The notes beneath the pieces are model-generated. The model saw nothing but the letters and a program-made list of their open reading frames with translations, ran no database searches and had not been told where the DNA came from. A DNA stretch of 64,000 nucleotides from Dehalococcoidia bacterium (GTDB lineage Bacteria > Chloroflexota > Dehalococcoidia > DSTF01 > WHTK01), in assembly GCA_965247485.1 (NCBI GenBank), contig OZ252017.1, forward strand, positions 771,192-835,191, in the 5' to 3' direction. The position numbers and the translations under genes are program-made. Shown here piece after piece: positions 48,892 through 59,013 of the stretch (position 1 is its first letter; each line of letters starts with the position of its first letter).

Positions 48892-50295
48892 TTACTCCCG
48901 GGCCAGCGCCGGGCGCTGGTTGGCGAACCCGGCCGCCTGCTCGTAAGCATAAGCAGCACGGTAAACCGTGGCTTCATCAAAATTGCGGCCGGCGATCTGC
49001 AGGCCCAAGGGCATGCCATCTTCGCTGAAGCCAGATGGTACGGAGATTGCCGGCGACCCGGCAAGGCTGAAGGCGGCGGTTGCCCCCGCTCCCTTCAAGA
49101 TGCCATGGCGGTCACCCGGGCCATCCTTGGGGGCCGGTCCGCCCATCGGTGTGACCATGATGTCGACGTTGGCGAAAGCCTCGGCGAACTCACGCGAAAC
49201 GCGGCTGCGAACCTGCTGAGCCCGCACATAGTCGGCGCTGACCAGAAGGCTGGCGAAGTAGAGCCGCTGGCGGAACAGATCACCAAACTTTTCCGGCTCG
49301 GTGCGCAGGCCGTGGTGATGGTAGGAGAACATCTCCGACTGAGTGGTAATCAGCCAGGCCAGACCGCTAAGGGAGATACTCGGGATTGAGACCTCACTTA
49401 TTACGGCGCCGAGAGCTTTGAATTGCTCGATTGCCTTTTCGGTCGAGGCGATTCCTTCCGGGTTACCAGTCGTCATGTAGGGCTGCAGCACGCCAATTCG
49501 CAAGCCCTTGACCCCGTCCTTGAGGTGCTGGGTGTAGTTCGCCACCGGGACTTTGGAGCTGTGCTTGTCTCTGCGGTCAAAGCCGGCGATTGCCTGCATA
49601 ACCAGCGCGTTGTCCTCGACATTGATTGTCAGCGGCGCGGGGTGGTCTTGCGAGTAGCTGAGCGCGATGACGCCAGCTCGGCTGACGCGGCCGTAGGTTG
49701 CCTTGATACCGACGATGCCGGTATTTGAGGCGGGACCGCGAACTGAGCCACCGGTGTCAGAACCAAGCGAGGCCGCGAAGAGGCCGGCAGACACTCCGGC
49801 GCCGGAACCGGCGCTCGAGCCGCCAGGCGAGTGCTCCAGGTTCCAGGGGTTGTGCGGCATCAGGCCAAGGCTTGTTTCCGGCCCCGCACTAGCGAATTCG
49901 TGCATCCGGAGCTTGCCAAGTAAACCAGCACCGGCCTTGCTCAGCCTGGCGATCGTCGTCGCGTCCGCGGTCGGCACCCGGTGTTCAAAAATCGCCGAGT
50001 TGCCGGTAGTCGTGATGCCCTTGGTATCGTAATTGTCCTTGTGGGCCATCGGGATACCGTGCAGCGGGCCACGAAGCCTGCCCTTGGCAATCTCCGCCTC
50101 AGCCTTCTTGGCATCCTTCATCGCTCGTTCCGGGGTCAAGAGCATGAATGCATCGATTTTCTTACCGAGGCTGCCATTAATGCGATCAAGGTAGGTCTGA
50201 GTAAGTTCGACCGGCGAGAGTTGCTTCGAGGCAATCAGCTTCGACAACTCTCCGATCGACATCAGCGCGACTTCTTGTTTGGTTGAAGTTGTCAT
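48892..50295 (-). CDS. amidase signature (GatA-like) family amidase
   Basis: GGSSAGSGAGVSAG amidase signature. Ser-cisSer-Lys context. 467 aa. Confidence 0.8.
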   Translation of the reverse strand: MTTSTKQEVALMSIGELSKLIASKQLSPVELTQTYLDRINGSLGKKIDAFMLLTPERAMKDAKKAEAEIAKGRLRGPLHGIPMAHKDNYDTKGITTTGNSAIFEHRVPTADATTIARLSKAGAGLLGKLRMHEFASAGPETSLGLMPHNPWNLEHSPGGSSAGSGAGVSAGLFAASLGSDTGGSVRGPASNTGIVGIKATYGRVSRAGVIALSYSQDHPAPLTINVEDNALVMQAIAGFDRRDKHSSKVPVANYTQHLKDGVKGLRIGVLQPYMTTGNPEGIASTEKAIEQFKALGAVISEVSIPSISLSGLAWLITTQSEMFSYHHHGLRTEPEKFGDLFRQRLYFASLLVSADYVRAQQVRSRVSREFAEAFANVDIMVTPMGGPAPKDGPGDRHGILKGAGATAAFSLAGSPAISVPSGFSEDGMPLGLQIAGRNFDEATVYRAAYAYEQAAGFANQRPALARE

Positions 50296-50315
50296 GATCC
50301 TTTTTTCTCTCGACT

Positions 50316-50498
50316 CTACTTGGTCGGCGGCGAAAACGTGCCGGCGACTTCCTCATCGCTAAGGTCGACTTCGCGGAACTTTGAAAGACGGTCGAAGTAA
50401 TCAGGCATCAGCCGCATGAGGACCTCGAAGTCCGCCGCATTTGGGTTGACCTCTGCTCGTTCGAGCAAAATCCTCAATTTTTCCTCAGTCAGTTCCAT
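50316..50498 (-). CDS. GatC-like small protein immediately upstream of the amidase
   Basis: 60 aa, LTEEKLRILLERAEV...FREVDLSDEE, resembling GatC helices. 20-nt gap to the amidase start. Confidence 0.4.
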   Translation of the reverse strand: MELTEEKLRILLERAEVNPNAADFEVLMRLMPDYFDRLSKFREVDLSDEEVAGTFSPPTK

Positions 50499-50795
50499 TA
50501 ATTGCCCCTCCTTTAGGAATCGATATCATCCAAAGCCTACGCCTGGAGACTCGCAGAGTGTAGCCGATCAGAGCTAGGTCGAATACCCAACGTCCCAACA
50601 AAAAGATAACTTCATCCCGAACCGCGCACCCACCCGGTCCCCGATTTCTGAGGTCTAAAAACAAGCGTCAAGACTTCCACGATTTGCTCCTCAGAGGAGC
50701 TAAGCGGTTACCATGCCCCTGGCTAGCTCTACCGACGACAGGCCTAATGACCCCAAACCTCAAACCGCACCCCAAACCCAACTGGATCAAAAAGA

Positions 50796-52049
50796 ATGCT
50801 GAACATGTTTGCCTCGCTTCAATACCCGGGCTTCAGAATCCTTTGGACCACAAACGTCCTCGGCGGCATCTCCCAGTGGGCCATGATGGTCGGCAGAGCC
50901 TGGCTTGTCTTCGATCTGACGGAATCAGCCCTTGCAGTGGCAGTGATTACGTTTTCCGGATTTATCGGCTCGTTCCTTATGGTTCCGCTTGGAGGGGTCC
51001 TCGCCGACCGCTGGGATCGCCGCAACCTGATGCTATGGAGTTTTGTGTTGCCGCTGCTGATCAACATGTTATTAGCGGCAATCACAATCTCAGATGCCGT
51101 CTTGGTGTGGCACGTTGTTGCCCTGTCTTTCCTTGCCAACCTGACCCGCTCGGTCGGCTTGCCGGCCAGCCGTGCTCTCGCTCCGAGCCTGGTTCCACCG
51201 GAACAATTGCTGAACGCCGTCTCATTGGCCAGCGTCGCAATGCGGGGACCCCGGCTGGTAGGACCGTTGCTGGCCGTACCGCTGTTGGCAACGATCGGTG
51301 TCGAAGGCATCTTTGTTGCCTCCGCGGCGGTTTATGGTCTCTCGGCCTTGAACCTCTTGCGTCTGAAGGCACCGGAGCAAGAGCGTGCTGCTGCTACTTC
51401 AACAACGCTGGTCAGCGAATTTTCTGAAGGAATGCGATTCGTTCTGCTTTCAACCCCGGTCAACCTCGTCGTCGGCGTCGTTGCCGTCCACTGCGCCTTA
51501 ACGATGTCATTCGACCCGCTGCTGCCAACTATGGCCAAACTGGAGCTCGGCGGCAGCGGTGTCCTGTTTACCTACCTTTTCATGGCCGTGGGAGCCGGCG
51601 GCTTGATTGGAACCTTGGGCACGGCCAACATTCGCGGCGAGGCGGCGCGCGGCAATTACCTGCTGGTGATGGGCCTGCTCAGCGGAGTTTCACTTGTGCT
51701 TATCGGTGTCTCCGGGTCATTGCTTCCTGTACTGATCGCGCTGGGATTCGCCGGTGTCAGTCAATCCGCCTTTATGGCCCTGACCGAAGCGATGATCCTG
51801 GAAAGCGTGCCCGACCGCATGCGCGGCCGAGCGATGGGTGTGTACTTCATGATCGCCGTTGGCGTCATGGCCCTGGCCGGGCTGAGCATTGGCTATCTTG
51901 GTGACGTCTGGGGAGTCCGCGAGGTCTTTCTCAGCCTCGGCGTTGTCTTCACGCTGGCGATGGCGGCAAGCGCCGGGCTCAGCGGGCGGCTCCGTCGGGT
52001 CTACCGCTTCGGTTCTGTAACCGCCGACACCGAGGCAGCGGTGGCCTAG
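50796..52049 (+). CDS. MFS transporter
   Basis: 12 TM. VLADRWDRR motif. 417 aa. Confidence 0.75.
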   Translation: MLNMFASLQYPGFRILWTTNVLGGISQWAMMVGRAWLVFDLTESALAVAVITFSGFIGSFLMVPLGGVLADRWDRRNLMLWSFVLPLLINMLLAAITISDAVLVWHVVALSFLANLTRSVGLPASRALAPSLVPPEQLLNAVSLASVAMRGPRLVGPLLAVPLLATIGVEGIFVASAAVYGLSALNLLRLKAPEQERAAATSTTLVSEFSEGMRFVLLSTPVNLVVGVVAVHCALTMSFDPLLPTMAKLELGGSGVLFTYLFMAVGAGGLIGTLGTANIRGEAARGNYLLVMGLLSGVSLVLIGVSGSLLPVLIALGFAGVSQSAFMALTEAMILESVPDRMRGRAMGVYFMIAVGVMALAGLSIGYLGDVWGVREVFLSLGVVFTLAMAASAGLSGRLRRVYRFGSVTADTEAAVA

Positions 52050-52282
52050 GCCCGGTTGCCCCGAGCACTCTTCTGTTACTGCAGAGGCGAACTCTCATCG
52101 TTCTCCAACCTTGCTGCCTTAGAGAATCAATCGGCTCCTGCGTTAACGAGCCGATACTATAGTTGAGCAATTTCTTAATAAAGGATGGTTGACCTGCCAA
52201 CAATCATTTATCATCCTTCTCAGGCAGCGCGCCGCTTTTAATGAGGCCGTCTGACACTTGACAAAAATGGAGCACACTCGCA

Positions 52283-53607
52283 ATGACCATCGCCTACAAA
52301 AATCAAGAAATGCAACTGATGGTAGACCTGGAAAAGGGCACGGTTAACCGCCGCATCTTCTCCGACCAGGACATCTACGAGCTGGAGTTGGAACAGATCT
52401 TTGCCCGGGCCTGGAACTTCATGGCCCACGACTCCCAGATCCCCAACCCCGGCGACTTTTTCATGACCTTCATCGGCGAGGACCGCGTCATTGTCGTCCG
52501 CGACAACGACGGCGATGCTCAGGTCCTGGTAAACACCTGTCGCCACTGCGGCAATGCCATCTGCCGCGCCGAAGAGGGCCACGCCACCTCGTTCATGTGC
52601 ACCTACCACGGCTGGACCTATGACCTGAAAGGCGCGCTCGTCGGAGTGCCCGGCTTCAAAGAGGTCTACCACGAGGAACTCGACCGCGAAAACTGGGGCT
52701 TAATCAAAGCAGCGCAGGTCGACACCTACAAAGGCTTCATCTTCGCCAACATGGACCCCGAAGCACCAAACCTTGACGAATACCTCGGCGAGGTCGGCAA
52801 GATCTGCGTCGACATGATCGCCATGAAGGGCGACATGCAGATGGTCGGTGGTGTGCAGAAATACACGATCCCCTGCAACTGGAAATTTGCCACCGACAAC
52901 GTCTGGGACTATTACCACTCCCGCGTCACCCACGGCTCGGCCTTCATGACCGGCATCTCCTTCACGCGCGGCCCCTCGCCCAACCTCGCGGCAACTCCCG
53001 CCACAGTTCAACGGCCAAACCTGGCCATTCTCGGCGATACGGCCACGCCCTTGCCGGGCCCATGTACATGCCGCCAGCCGGTCCCGGAGCACCCCAGCCG
53101 CTGTTTGACGAAAGCTGGCGCGAACGGCCGGAAGTCAAGGCTGCGCCGGGCGTCGCTACACGGGCAGCCGACCACCCGCACGTCTTCCCGAATTTCTGGG
53201 TGACTGGATTTCAGGTCAGCCTACGCATCCCCAAGGGCCCCAGCGCCACCGACATCTGGTGGTTCACCTTCATTGACAAGGATGGTCAGGAAAATGACCG
53301 CGTGATCGAGCGAGCCAAGACGATCTTTGGCCCGGCCGGCATGCTTGAGCAGGACGATGGCGAAAACTGGGGACAAAGCACCCGCGGCGCCAAGGGCTCC
53401 GTCACCCAAGCCTACCCCCTGAACTACTCCATGGGCCTCGGTCGCGGTGAAGTCATCGACGACGAGATCGGTCCGCCCCACATCGAAACTATTTTCAATG
53501 AGCACGCACAGCTTTGGCATTACCGGGCCTGGTCAGAATGGATGAGCGCGTCTGATTGGCCAGAATTGAAGCAAACTCACTCGCAGGTGCCGCTGGATCG
53601 AGTCTAG
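52283..53607 (+). pseudogene. Rieske oxygenase alpha subunit, paralog 6, single-nt frameshift near 53040
   Basis: Rieske motif CRHCGNAICRAEEGHATSFMCTYHGW (note H->C in the first box). LAILGDTATPLPG should read LAILGDYGHA..; GGCGATACGGCC lacks one T. The C-terminal part is 53062-53607. Confidence 0.75.
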
Positions 53608-53673
53608 TCAGAGGATCGGGAATAATCCGAAGCTATCGCTCATGACCCACAAAGAGATTGGAGAACCTCCCTC

Positions 53674-55008
53674 ATGACCATCGCTTATAAGAATGAAGAA
53701 ATGGCGCAAATGGTGGACGCCGAAACCGGCACCGTAAACCGCCGCATTTTCGCCGAGCAAGAGATCTATGAGCTGGAGTTGGAACGCATCTTCGCCCGCG
53801 CCTGGAACTTCATGGCTCACGACTCGCAGATCCCCAACCCCGGCGATTTCTTCATGACCTTCATCGGCGAGGATCGCGTGATTTGTGTAAGTGACAACGA
53901 CGGCAATCCTCAGGTTTTGGTCAACACCTGCCGCCACCGAGGCAACGCAATCTGTCGCGCCGAGGAAGGCCAAGCCACCAGCTTCATGTGCACCTACCAT
54001 GGCTGGACCTATGACCTAAAGGGATCTCTGGTTGGCGTGCCCGGTTTCAAGGAGGTCTATCACGAGGAACTCGACCGCGAAAATTGGGGCCTAATCAAGG
54101 CAGCGCAGGTCGACACCTACAAAGGCTTCATCTTCGCCAACATGGACCCTGAAGCCCCGGCTTTGGATGAATTTCTCGGTGACATCGGCCACGTGGGACT
54201 AGACCTGCTCGCCGAGCAAGGGGAGCTATACGTTCTTTCGGGCATTCAGAAGTACGTTATCCCATGCAACTGGAAGCTGGCGGTGGACAATGTCTACGAC
54301 TGGTACCACGTTGGCGTCACCCACGCCTCCTCTCTTCAGTCCAACGCTGGGCGCCAACCTGGAACCCCACAGAGTCCAACAGCTTCAATCACAGTCCCTC
54401 AAATGGTGATGCTCGGCGATTACGGCCACGCGATCAGCGGCCCTAGAATCGTTCCAGACCAGCCGCAGCCAAACCCACCCAACCCGGCCGCCAATGACAG
54501 CTGGCGGGAGAAGCCCGAGGCGAAAAGAGCGCTGGGCCCGGTTGGCATTAGGTCACGCGGCCATCCCAATATTTTCCCAAATCTCTGGGTCGCCTCGAAC
54601 GTAAACCAGCTCAGCCTGCGCATACCAAAGGGACCGCACAAGACGGAAATCTGGTGGTTCTCCTTGATTTACCGTGAAGGACCGCCGGAGCTAATCAAGG
54701 CCCAAATTTCGCGCGCCAACCATGTGTTCGGTCCATCAGGCCGACTCGAACAGGACGACGGCGAAAACTGGGGCGAAAGCACGCGCGCGACCCTCGGTGT
54801 TGTCAGCCAGCGCTATCCCCTGCATTACGCCATGAACCTCGGCCTTGGCGACGTGATTGACGACGAGTCCGGACCGCCTCACATCGAAACCGCTGTCAAC
54901 GAGCACGCCCAGCTTTGGCACTACCGTGCCTGGGCTGACTGGATGGCGGCGGACAACTGGGATGCACTTAGGGCCAACCACTCGGAGGTGCCGCGCAACA
55001 AGGCCTAG
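53674..55008 (+). CDS. Rieske non-heme iron ring-hydroxylating oxygenase alpha subunit, paralog 7
   Basis: CRHRGNAICRAEEGQATSFMCTYHGW. NWKLAVDNVYDWYHVGVTH. 66-nt gap after paralog 6. 444 aa. Confidence 0.9.
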   Translation: MTIAYKNEEMAQMVDAETGTVNRRIFAEQEIYELELERIFARAWNFMAHDSQIPNPGDFFMTFIGEDRVICVSDNDGNPQVLVNTCRHRGNAICRAEEGQATSFMCTYHGWTYDLKGSLVGVPGFKEVYHEELDRENWGLIKAAQVDTYKGFIFANMDPEAPALDEFLGDIGHVGLDLLAEQGELYVLSGIQKYVIPCNWKLAVDNVYDWYHVGVTHASSLQSNAGRQPGTPQSPTASITVPQMVMLGDYGHAISGPRIVPDQPQPNPPNPAANDSWREKPEAKRALGPVGIRSRGHPNIFPNLWVASNVNQLSLRIPKGPHKTEIWWFSLIYREGPPELIKAQISRANHVFGPSGRLEQDDGENWGESTRATLGVVSQRYPLHYAMNLGLGDVIDDESGPPHIETAVNEHAQLWHYRAWADWMAADNWDALRANHSEVPRNKA

Positions 55009-55287
55009 CGAACCAGGAGAGTTGAAGAAACAGGGGCTCCGGAAGCTAAATCCGGGGCCTCTCTTGTTCAGCACGACGACTCAGTCAACTCCCCTGATAA
55101 GCAGGCGATGACCGTACCAGAACTTTTTCATAATTTTCAACTATCATTGGTTCACTTACGTTAGGTTAGCTCTACTAGGCCAAGGCGGCCTGGAGCAATT
55201 TGAAGGCGATCCATAGCCACATCGGCGAGCGTCTTTAGAAGAAGCGAAGTCCGCTTGAGAGCTTTAACCCACCAGGAGGAGATCATC

Positions 55288-55674
55288 ATGGACGTTTCCA
55301 GCTTCAACAAGCTCACACCGGAAGAAAGTCGTGTAATCGAAATGAAGGGCACCGAGCGGCCCTTCACCGGTGAGTACGACCAGCTTTTCCAGCCCGGCAC
55401 CTACATCTGCCGCCGCTGCAATGTCGAGCTCTACCGCTCCGACGACAAGTTCGACGCTCACTGTGGCTGGCCCTCTTTCGATCAGGAAGTCCAAGGCGCC
55501 GTCACTCGTCTGTCTGATCCGGATGGCATGCGTATCGAAATCGAATGCACCAACTGTAAGGCTCACCTCGGACACGTTTTCGAGGGCGAAAGACTCACCG
55601 ATAAGGACACGCGCCATTGCGTGAACTCCCTCTCGATGAAGTTCGTCCCATCCACCACGGACACCAGTTCCTGA
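55288..55674 (+). CDS. msrB: peptide-methionine (R)-S-oxide reductase
   Basis: CRRCNVELYRSDDKFDAHCGWPSF ... CTNCKAHLGHVF (SelR). AGGAGG RBS before the ATG at 55288. Confidence 0.85.
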   Translation: MDVSSFNKLTPEESRVIEMKGTERPFTGEYDQLFQPGTYICRRCNVELYRSDDKFDAHCGWPSFDQEVQGAVTRLSDPDGMRIEIECTNCKAHLGHVFEGERLTDKDTRHCVNSLSMKFVPSTTDTSS

Positions 55675-55779
55675 GTTAAGCAGCCGGTACTTCTGCGGCA
55701 CAACAGCACGGCCGATCCGCACTCATAAAGTAACCTCACTTCGCGCCCTCCCCGCGGAGGAGACTGGTAGACTCAAAAC

Positions 55780-56478
55780 ATGTGCGGACGCTTCACTCTA
55801 GCCAAAGAGGATCCCGCCGAAGTTGCGCAGGATCTCGGTGTTCCGGCGGCGCAAATTGCCCAGGTCGACTACCGGCCTCGCTACAACATCGCGCCGCGCA
55901 GCAACCACTGGATTGTGCGCATGACCCATGAGGACCGTGAGGCCCTACCCGCCCGGTGGGGCCTCGTCAACAGTTGGGCCAAAGACGACAAACGAGCCGC
56001 ACAGCAAATCAACGCCCGCGCCGAAAGCTTGAAAGAGTTTCCGGCATTCCGGAGCGCCTTGCGCCAGCGCCGCTGCATTGTCCCCGCTGATGGCTTTTAC
56101 GAATGGACCGGCACAAAGAAAGAAAAAAGGCCACTCTGGTTTCATCGCTCGGACGGCGGCCTCCTACTTTTCGCCGGCCTCTATGAATCCTGGCATCCGG
56201 AGCCCGAAGAGTGGGAAACCACCTTCACCATCGTCACCACAACTCCAAACTCCCTGATCTCGCCGATTCACGATCGGATGCCCGTGATCCTGCCGGAAGA
56301 AGCAGTTGACCTGTGGCTTTTTGGCTCCGAAGCGGAGGTCGAAAAACTGACCTCACTTCTGGTAGCCGCGCCCGACTCGCTTTTATCTGTTCGTCCGGTC
56401 TCAACCCTTGTGAACTCAGTCAAAAACGAAGGCCCCGAGCTTCTAAATGAGCAGACTCCTCTTGGCATGCAGACCTGA
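55780..56478 (+). CDS. SOS response-associated peptidase (SRAP/YedK)
   Basis: N-terminal MCGRF (catalytic Cys2). YNIAPR. 232 aa. Confidence 0.8.
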   Translation: MCGRFTLAKEDPAEVAQDLGVPAAQIAQVDYRPRYNIAPRSNHWIVRMTHEDREALPARWGLVNSWAKDDKRAAQQINARAESLKEFPAFRSALRQRRCIVPADGFYEWTGTKKEKRPLWFHRSDGGLLLFAGLYESWHPEPEEWETTFTIVTTTPNSLISPIHDRMPVILPEEAVDLWLFGSEAEVEKLTSLLVAAPDSLLSVRPVSTLVNSVKNEGPELLNEQTPLGMQT

Positions 56479-56508
56479 GAAGAACTCTCTGAGAGGAAAA
56501 ATCCGTCA

Positions 56509-57315
56509 ATGCCAGATCCCCTAAAGCTTATGGCCGTTGTCGCCCACCCGGACGATGAATCGCTGGGCGTCGGCGGCACAATGGCGAAGTACGCCAAGGA
56601 GGGTGTGGAAACTCACCTGCTGACGGCTACTCGCGGTGAACGTGGCTGGTTCGGGCCGGAAAATGAATACCCGGGGCCGCAAGCTCTCGGCGAAATCAGG
56701 GAAGCCGAACTCCTCAATGCCGCCGCCGTCCTGGGTATCAAAGAGGTCAGTTTCCTTGACTATCGAGACGCGGAACTTCCCGATGCCGACCAGGAGGAGG
56801 TGCTCGCCAAGATCGTCTCGCACCTGCGCCGAGTCCGGCCCCAGGTCGTGGTCACCTTTGATCCCAACGGCGCCTACGGCCATCCAGACCACATTGCGAT
56901 TTGCCAGTTGGCGACGGCAGCCTGCGCGGCATCGCCAAACCCTGACTTCAAGACGGAGGGCGATTTGCCGCATCACAGTGTTTCCAAGCTTTACTACATG
57001 GCCTGGACCGCACCGGACTTCGCCGCCTATGAAAAAGCCTTTGGCGAGCTGGTCATGCACATTGATGGCGTCGAGCGCCGCTCCAAGGGATGGGAACCAT
57101 GGGCCATCACCACCAAACTAGACACGTCGGAAAACTGGCAGCAGGTTTGGAAAGCTGTCGAGTGCCATCGCAGCCAACTGCCCGGCTACCAGTCGCTCCT
57201 CGACCTGCCTGAGGAGTATCACCGCCAGCTTTGGGGCAATCAGACCTTTTATCGCGCCTTTAGCCTGGTCCAAACCCCCAAGACTGAAGCCGACCTCTTC
57301 GACGGACTTCGCTAG
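56509..57315 (+). CDS. PIG-L/LmbE family N-acetylglucosaminyl deacetylase (MshB/BshB-like)
   Basis: VVAHPDDESLGVGGT, then HPDH. 268 aa. Confidence 0.75.
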   Translation: MPDPLKLMAVVAHPDDESLGVGGTMAKYAKEGVETHLLTATRGERGWFGPENEYPGPQALGEIREAELLNAAAVLGIKEVSFLDYRDAELPDADQEEVLAKIVSHLRRVRPQVVVTFDPNGAYGHPDHIAICQLATAACAASPNPDFKTEGDLPHHSVSKLYYMAWTAPDFAAYEKAFGELVMHIDGVERRSKGWEPWAITTKLDTSENWQQVWKAVECHRSQLPGYQSLLDLPEEYHRQLWGNQTFYRAFSLVQTPKTEADLFDGLR

Positions 57316-57429
57316 CGGCCAGCTTCGATTCAAGTCAAACAATTCAATCTAGGGCCTAAAGGCTCGCGCGGCTAGCTATCTGAATATGAGAGGCTAGGAT
57401 ATCCAGCAAAACCAACTCTCGGTAGCAAA

Positions 57430-58965
57430 GTGAGCAGACGCATGACAAACAGCACCCAAGCCCAACCACCTGCACCCCAGACAGACCTCGCTTGGGATTC
57501 GTCCAGAGCCCGTCAGTTTGCCGACCAGGCCCTTGACCTCTGGCAGGAATTTCTCGAGGCGCTGCCGGACTTACCCATAGGTAATTCATCCGGCCAACGA
57601 CAGATTGCTGAAGCCGTGCGTCTGCCGATTCAGGACGCACCGATGCCCGACGATCAGCTCTTTGGCTACCTGAGACGCATACTCTTCGAATCATCCGTCT
57701 ATGCCGGACACCCGCGCTTCATGGCCTACATAACCGGCGCCGGCACGGTGCCTGGGGCAGTGGCCGACCTGCTCGCGGCCGCGTCAACATGAACCTGGAC
57801 AGCTGGCGCCTTTCACCATCGGCCACCGAAATCGAACTGCTCCTTGGCCGCTGGTTCGCCGAACAATTTGGCCTGCCTCAGGGGTCGGGCGGCCTCATCG
57901 TTTCCGGCGGCGCCATGGCCAACTTTGTCGCCCTTGCCGCGGCGCACGACAACAAGGCCGGCTGGGATGTTCGCGCCAAGGGTGTGTTTGCCGGCCCGCC
58001 ACTGGTCCTCTACGCCTCTCAAGAAGTACACGTGGTGACCGACCGCGCCGCCGATATGCTTGGTCTCGGAACCGATGCCGTACGAAAGATCCCGGTCGAT
58101 GGCGACTACCGCATCCGGGTGGCCGAACTCGAAGCGGCAATCAAGCGCGACAAGGACGCCGGGCTGAAACCCTTCGCCGTGGTCGCAAACGCCGGCACTG
58201 TCGCAACCGGTGCAATCGACGACATCGGCGAAATAGCCTCAATTTGTGCAGCCGAAGAGCTCGGCTGCACATCGACGCTGCGTACGGTGGCCCAGCGGTC
58301 CTCACCGACGACCTACGGCCGCTTTTCGCTGGCATCGAAAAGGCCGACTCGATCGCCTTCGACCCCCACAAATGGCTCTACACCCCTCACTCCGGCGGCT
58401 GTGTCCTCATGCGAGACTTCACCCACTCGCCGACACGTTCGCGGTTCATCCAGCCTATGTTCAGGATGACAAGGAGCACTCGCACTATGGTCAGGACATG
58501 ACCGAACTCAGCCCGCAATTCAGTCGCGGCTTCCAGGCCCTGAAGATCTGGGTTTCGTTGCTCGCCCACGGCCGTCAGGCCTATTCGCAACGCATCTCCC
58601 ACGATGCCGCGCTAGCCCGTTACCTGGGCGCCCAGGTTGAGCAGCGCCCCGAGTTCGAACTCATGACGCCCGTAAACCTATCGATTTGCTGCTTCCGCTA
58701 CGTGCCGGCGGCCCTGCCGGCAAACGCTGGCCGCGACAAATACCTCAGTCTGCTCAACGAACGCTTGATGACCGACCTCCAGCGCGATGGGCGAGTCTTC
58801 TGCTCCAACGCTGTGCTCGAAGGTAATTACGTTCTCCGCGCTTGCATAGTTAACTTTCGTACCGAAGCCACCGACATCGACGCCTTGCTCGATGTCGCGG
58901 CCGAGATCGGCTCCAGTCTCGACACCGAGCTTCGGCCCGCCGAGCTCCGCTCCGTTGGGCGCTGA
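57430..58965 (+). pseudogene. group II pyridoxal-dependent decarboxylase, at least 3 frameshifts
   Basis: Conserved blocks lie in four ORFs in three frames: 57430-57792 (YAGHPRFMAYITG), 57789-58469 (SGGAMANFVALAAA), 58244-58501 (LHIDAAYGGPA...DPHKW) and 58246-58965 C-terminal. Single-nt shifts at about 57788, 58265 and 58440. Confidence 0.7.
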
Positions 58966-59013
58966 CCCGGCTCACCGAGTAATCGCCATAGTTGACCGTC
59001 ACCTGAGCAAGCG

